NCBI GenBank assembly: GCA_048013815.1 | Contig: CM106586.1 | Coordinates: 2,852,001 to 2,916,000, forward strand | Reading direction: 5' to 3' | Length of the DNA: 64,000 nucleotides | Source: Setoptus koraiensis | Taxonomy: Eukaryota; Animalia; Arthropoda | Shown: piece after piece, positions 62,490 through 64,000 of the stretch | How positions within the stretch are numbered: position 1 is the stretch's first letter | How the letters are laid out: each line of letters starts with the position of its first letter | Notes under the pieces: generated by a model | What the model was told of the DNA's origin: nothing | The model's database searches: none | What the model saw: only the letters and a program-made list of their open reading frames with translations | Program-made: the position numbers and the translations under genes

Positions 62490-63383
62490 TCATACGTCGG
62501 TGTGGAGATCGGGGTTGAAGTCTTCGGTAGGGGCGGATATCGTTGAGCTGGAGCTGAATCCATTTCCGGCCTTTGTGGGCATCATCGCTGATTTAAGCTG
62601 ACTGGCGTTCTTTGTGGCGATTGTGCCACTGGACACAACGGAGCTGGTTGTTGTATCGGGATAATTGTTGTTGTTTGTCATCAGTTGATTGTCTCGCGTA
62701 TGATCGTGATTAATGACCGTTGTAGGCTGTTGTGGATTGTCGTTGAAACGAACCGCTTGTGGCCTGTGTGCCGATGATATAACTCGAACCTTCTTGGGAT
62801 ATTGCAATGTATGAAATTGTTGCTGATTCTGCTTGTTCGGGCTACTGCTCATAGTATCACCGGCTCGCGTTTTTGCGTAATCGAGCATCACAGCCGGATA
62901 GTCGGCGTGCTGATGCAAATAGTTATTGTCGTAGGAACTGAGCTTTATTGATTGACTGTATTTCGGCTCATTTGGCGGCCTCGCTAACACGTACTGCTGA
63001 TTTTGGTGAGCTTGATTGGCGCGTCTCGCCGACGGTGCGCCCAAAGTGTTGTATTTGTGGCCACGATTGCCAAAACCGTTGCTAGACGCGGGCTGTTTGG
63101 CCAACAGCAATCCCGACGACGATTGGCCAGTCGGCTGGTTTGTGTCGCCAACATAATCCAGGATGTAAGCGTTGGCGTTTGCAATTATTGTCGACGGCGA
63201 GCTCATGTGATCAAAGTCGATTGCGTTGCTGGTGCCGTTCGTTCGAGCTGCCTCCATCAAGGTGGGATACATCAATTGCTGGCTGCTGGTGTCCGGCGAA
63301 GAAATCGAGTCGGCGTTGGGCGAGGCCGAATCCGAGGTTTTGCCGGTGTCGCCGCTATCCGTTGCGTCGCTCACATACTGGCC
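62490..63383 (-). CDS. Probable terminal exon of an unidentified gene (low-complexity S/N/Q-rich tail ending HTDV*)
   Basis: Stop-free for about 297 codons; candidate acceptors ACACAG| (63384) or GGCCAG| (63378) with an in-frame stop just upstream; upstream exons not seen in the window. Confidence 0.6.
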   Translation of the reverse strand, partial: GQYVSDATDSGDTGKTSDSASPNADSISSPDTSSQQLMYPTLMEAARTNGTSNAIDFDHMSSPSTIIANANAYILDYVGDTNQPTGQSSSGLLLAKQPASSNGFGNRGHKYNTLGAPSARRANQAHQNQQYVLARPPNEPKYSQSIKLSSYDNNYLHQHADYPAVMLDYAKTRAGDTMSSSPNKQNQQQFHTLQYPKKVRVISSAHRPQAVRFNDNPQQPTTVINHDHTRDNQLMTNNNNYPDTTTSSVVSSGTIATKNASQLKSAMMPTKAGNGFSSSSTISAPTEDFNPDLHTDV

Positions 63384-64000
63384 CTGTGTTGTGGGGATAC
63401 ATTTCGGTTCGTTTTAGATAGATTCTCATTTAGATAAACTCTTATATATTGTTTGCGATAACATTTATATAGTGTATATTTTTCAGATGAACGCCCGTTC
63501 ATATTCACACATGTAAGCATTTGACAAGTTGTCAACTAATGATTGGTTAGGCAGTAGCAAGGTGAAGCTGTAGCAAATAATTGAATATGTAAAAGCAAAA
63601 TAAAATTGGTGACCGGGATGGCGTTGATTAGACGCGATGATCCTGCACATCAGTTGTCTGCGAAAGGCATTGTTTTTGTTTCAACGAAACAGCAAGTGGC
63701 GGGCCGGAAACAGATTGTGCAAATAAATAAAGCGGCAATAATTGGGCGATGTTGAGGCATTTTGGGGTCGCGAGAACGTGATGAGAAGGGAAAAATTAGC
63801 ATTAAATAAGAGCTTGGTTTGAGCGCAATTTATTATATTCAACAAAAGAATAGCTGATGCGGCCGATGTTTAGCGACGCAAAACTCTCTCCCGACGGAAG
63901 TTTCTCTTTCTTTCACAATTAATTGTATCAGTCATAAGTTAGCGAGCGAGCGGCCAAAATGAGCGGGCTAATTTGCATGAGAATGGCACCCTTTACTTAC

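Overview
Eukaryotic (animal) genomic DNA from a compact, intron-poor chelicerate, most likely an acariform/eriophyoid-type mite (inferred from a shortened Dscam, intronless housekeeping genes and very short intergenic gaps). The window is three contigs joined by two ~500-N placeholder gaps (6004-6503, 47912-48410). Genes supported: a stand-alone GKAP-domain protein, MCM4 (cut by the gap), two paralogous divergent gustatory-receptor-like 7TM genes sharing a TTAVYTLIQF terminal exon, a shortened Dscam (sDscam), PAK1IP1, two animal heme peroxidases, RIOK1 and OLA1 head-to-head, an NRF-6/OACYL acyltransferase, an orphan secreted protein, GOLGA7, a C-terminally truncated SF3A1, and the last exon of an unknown gene ending in a PDZ-type motif. 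A ~16-kb GC-rich, repeat- and palindrome-rich stretch with no recognisable gene precedes sDscam, and part of it is repeated just downstream of the gene. Highlights: a peroxidase fused to a large Tyr/Pro/Ala/Ser repeat domain (candidate enzyme-plus-substrate cross-linking protein with both heme-ester residues replaced by amides); SF3A1 lacking its U1-binding ubiquitin-like domain in an intron-poor genome; a single-cassette sDscam bracketed by a diverged direct repeat; and a C-rich corrupted island inside the second receptor gene. No prokaryotic systems, CRISPR arrays, rRNA or tRNA genes were recognised.
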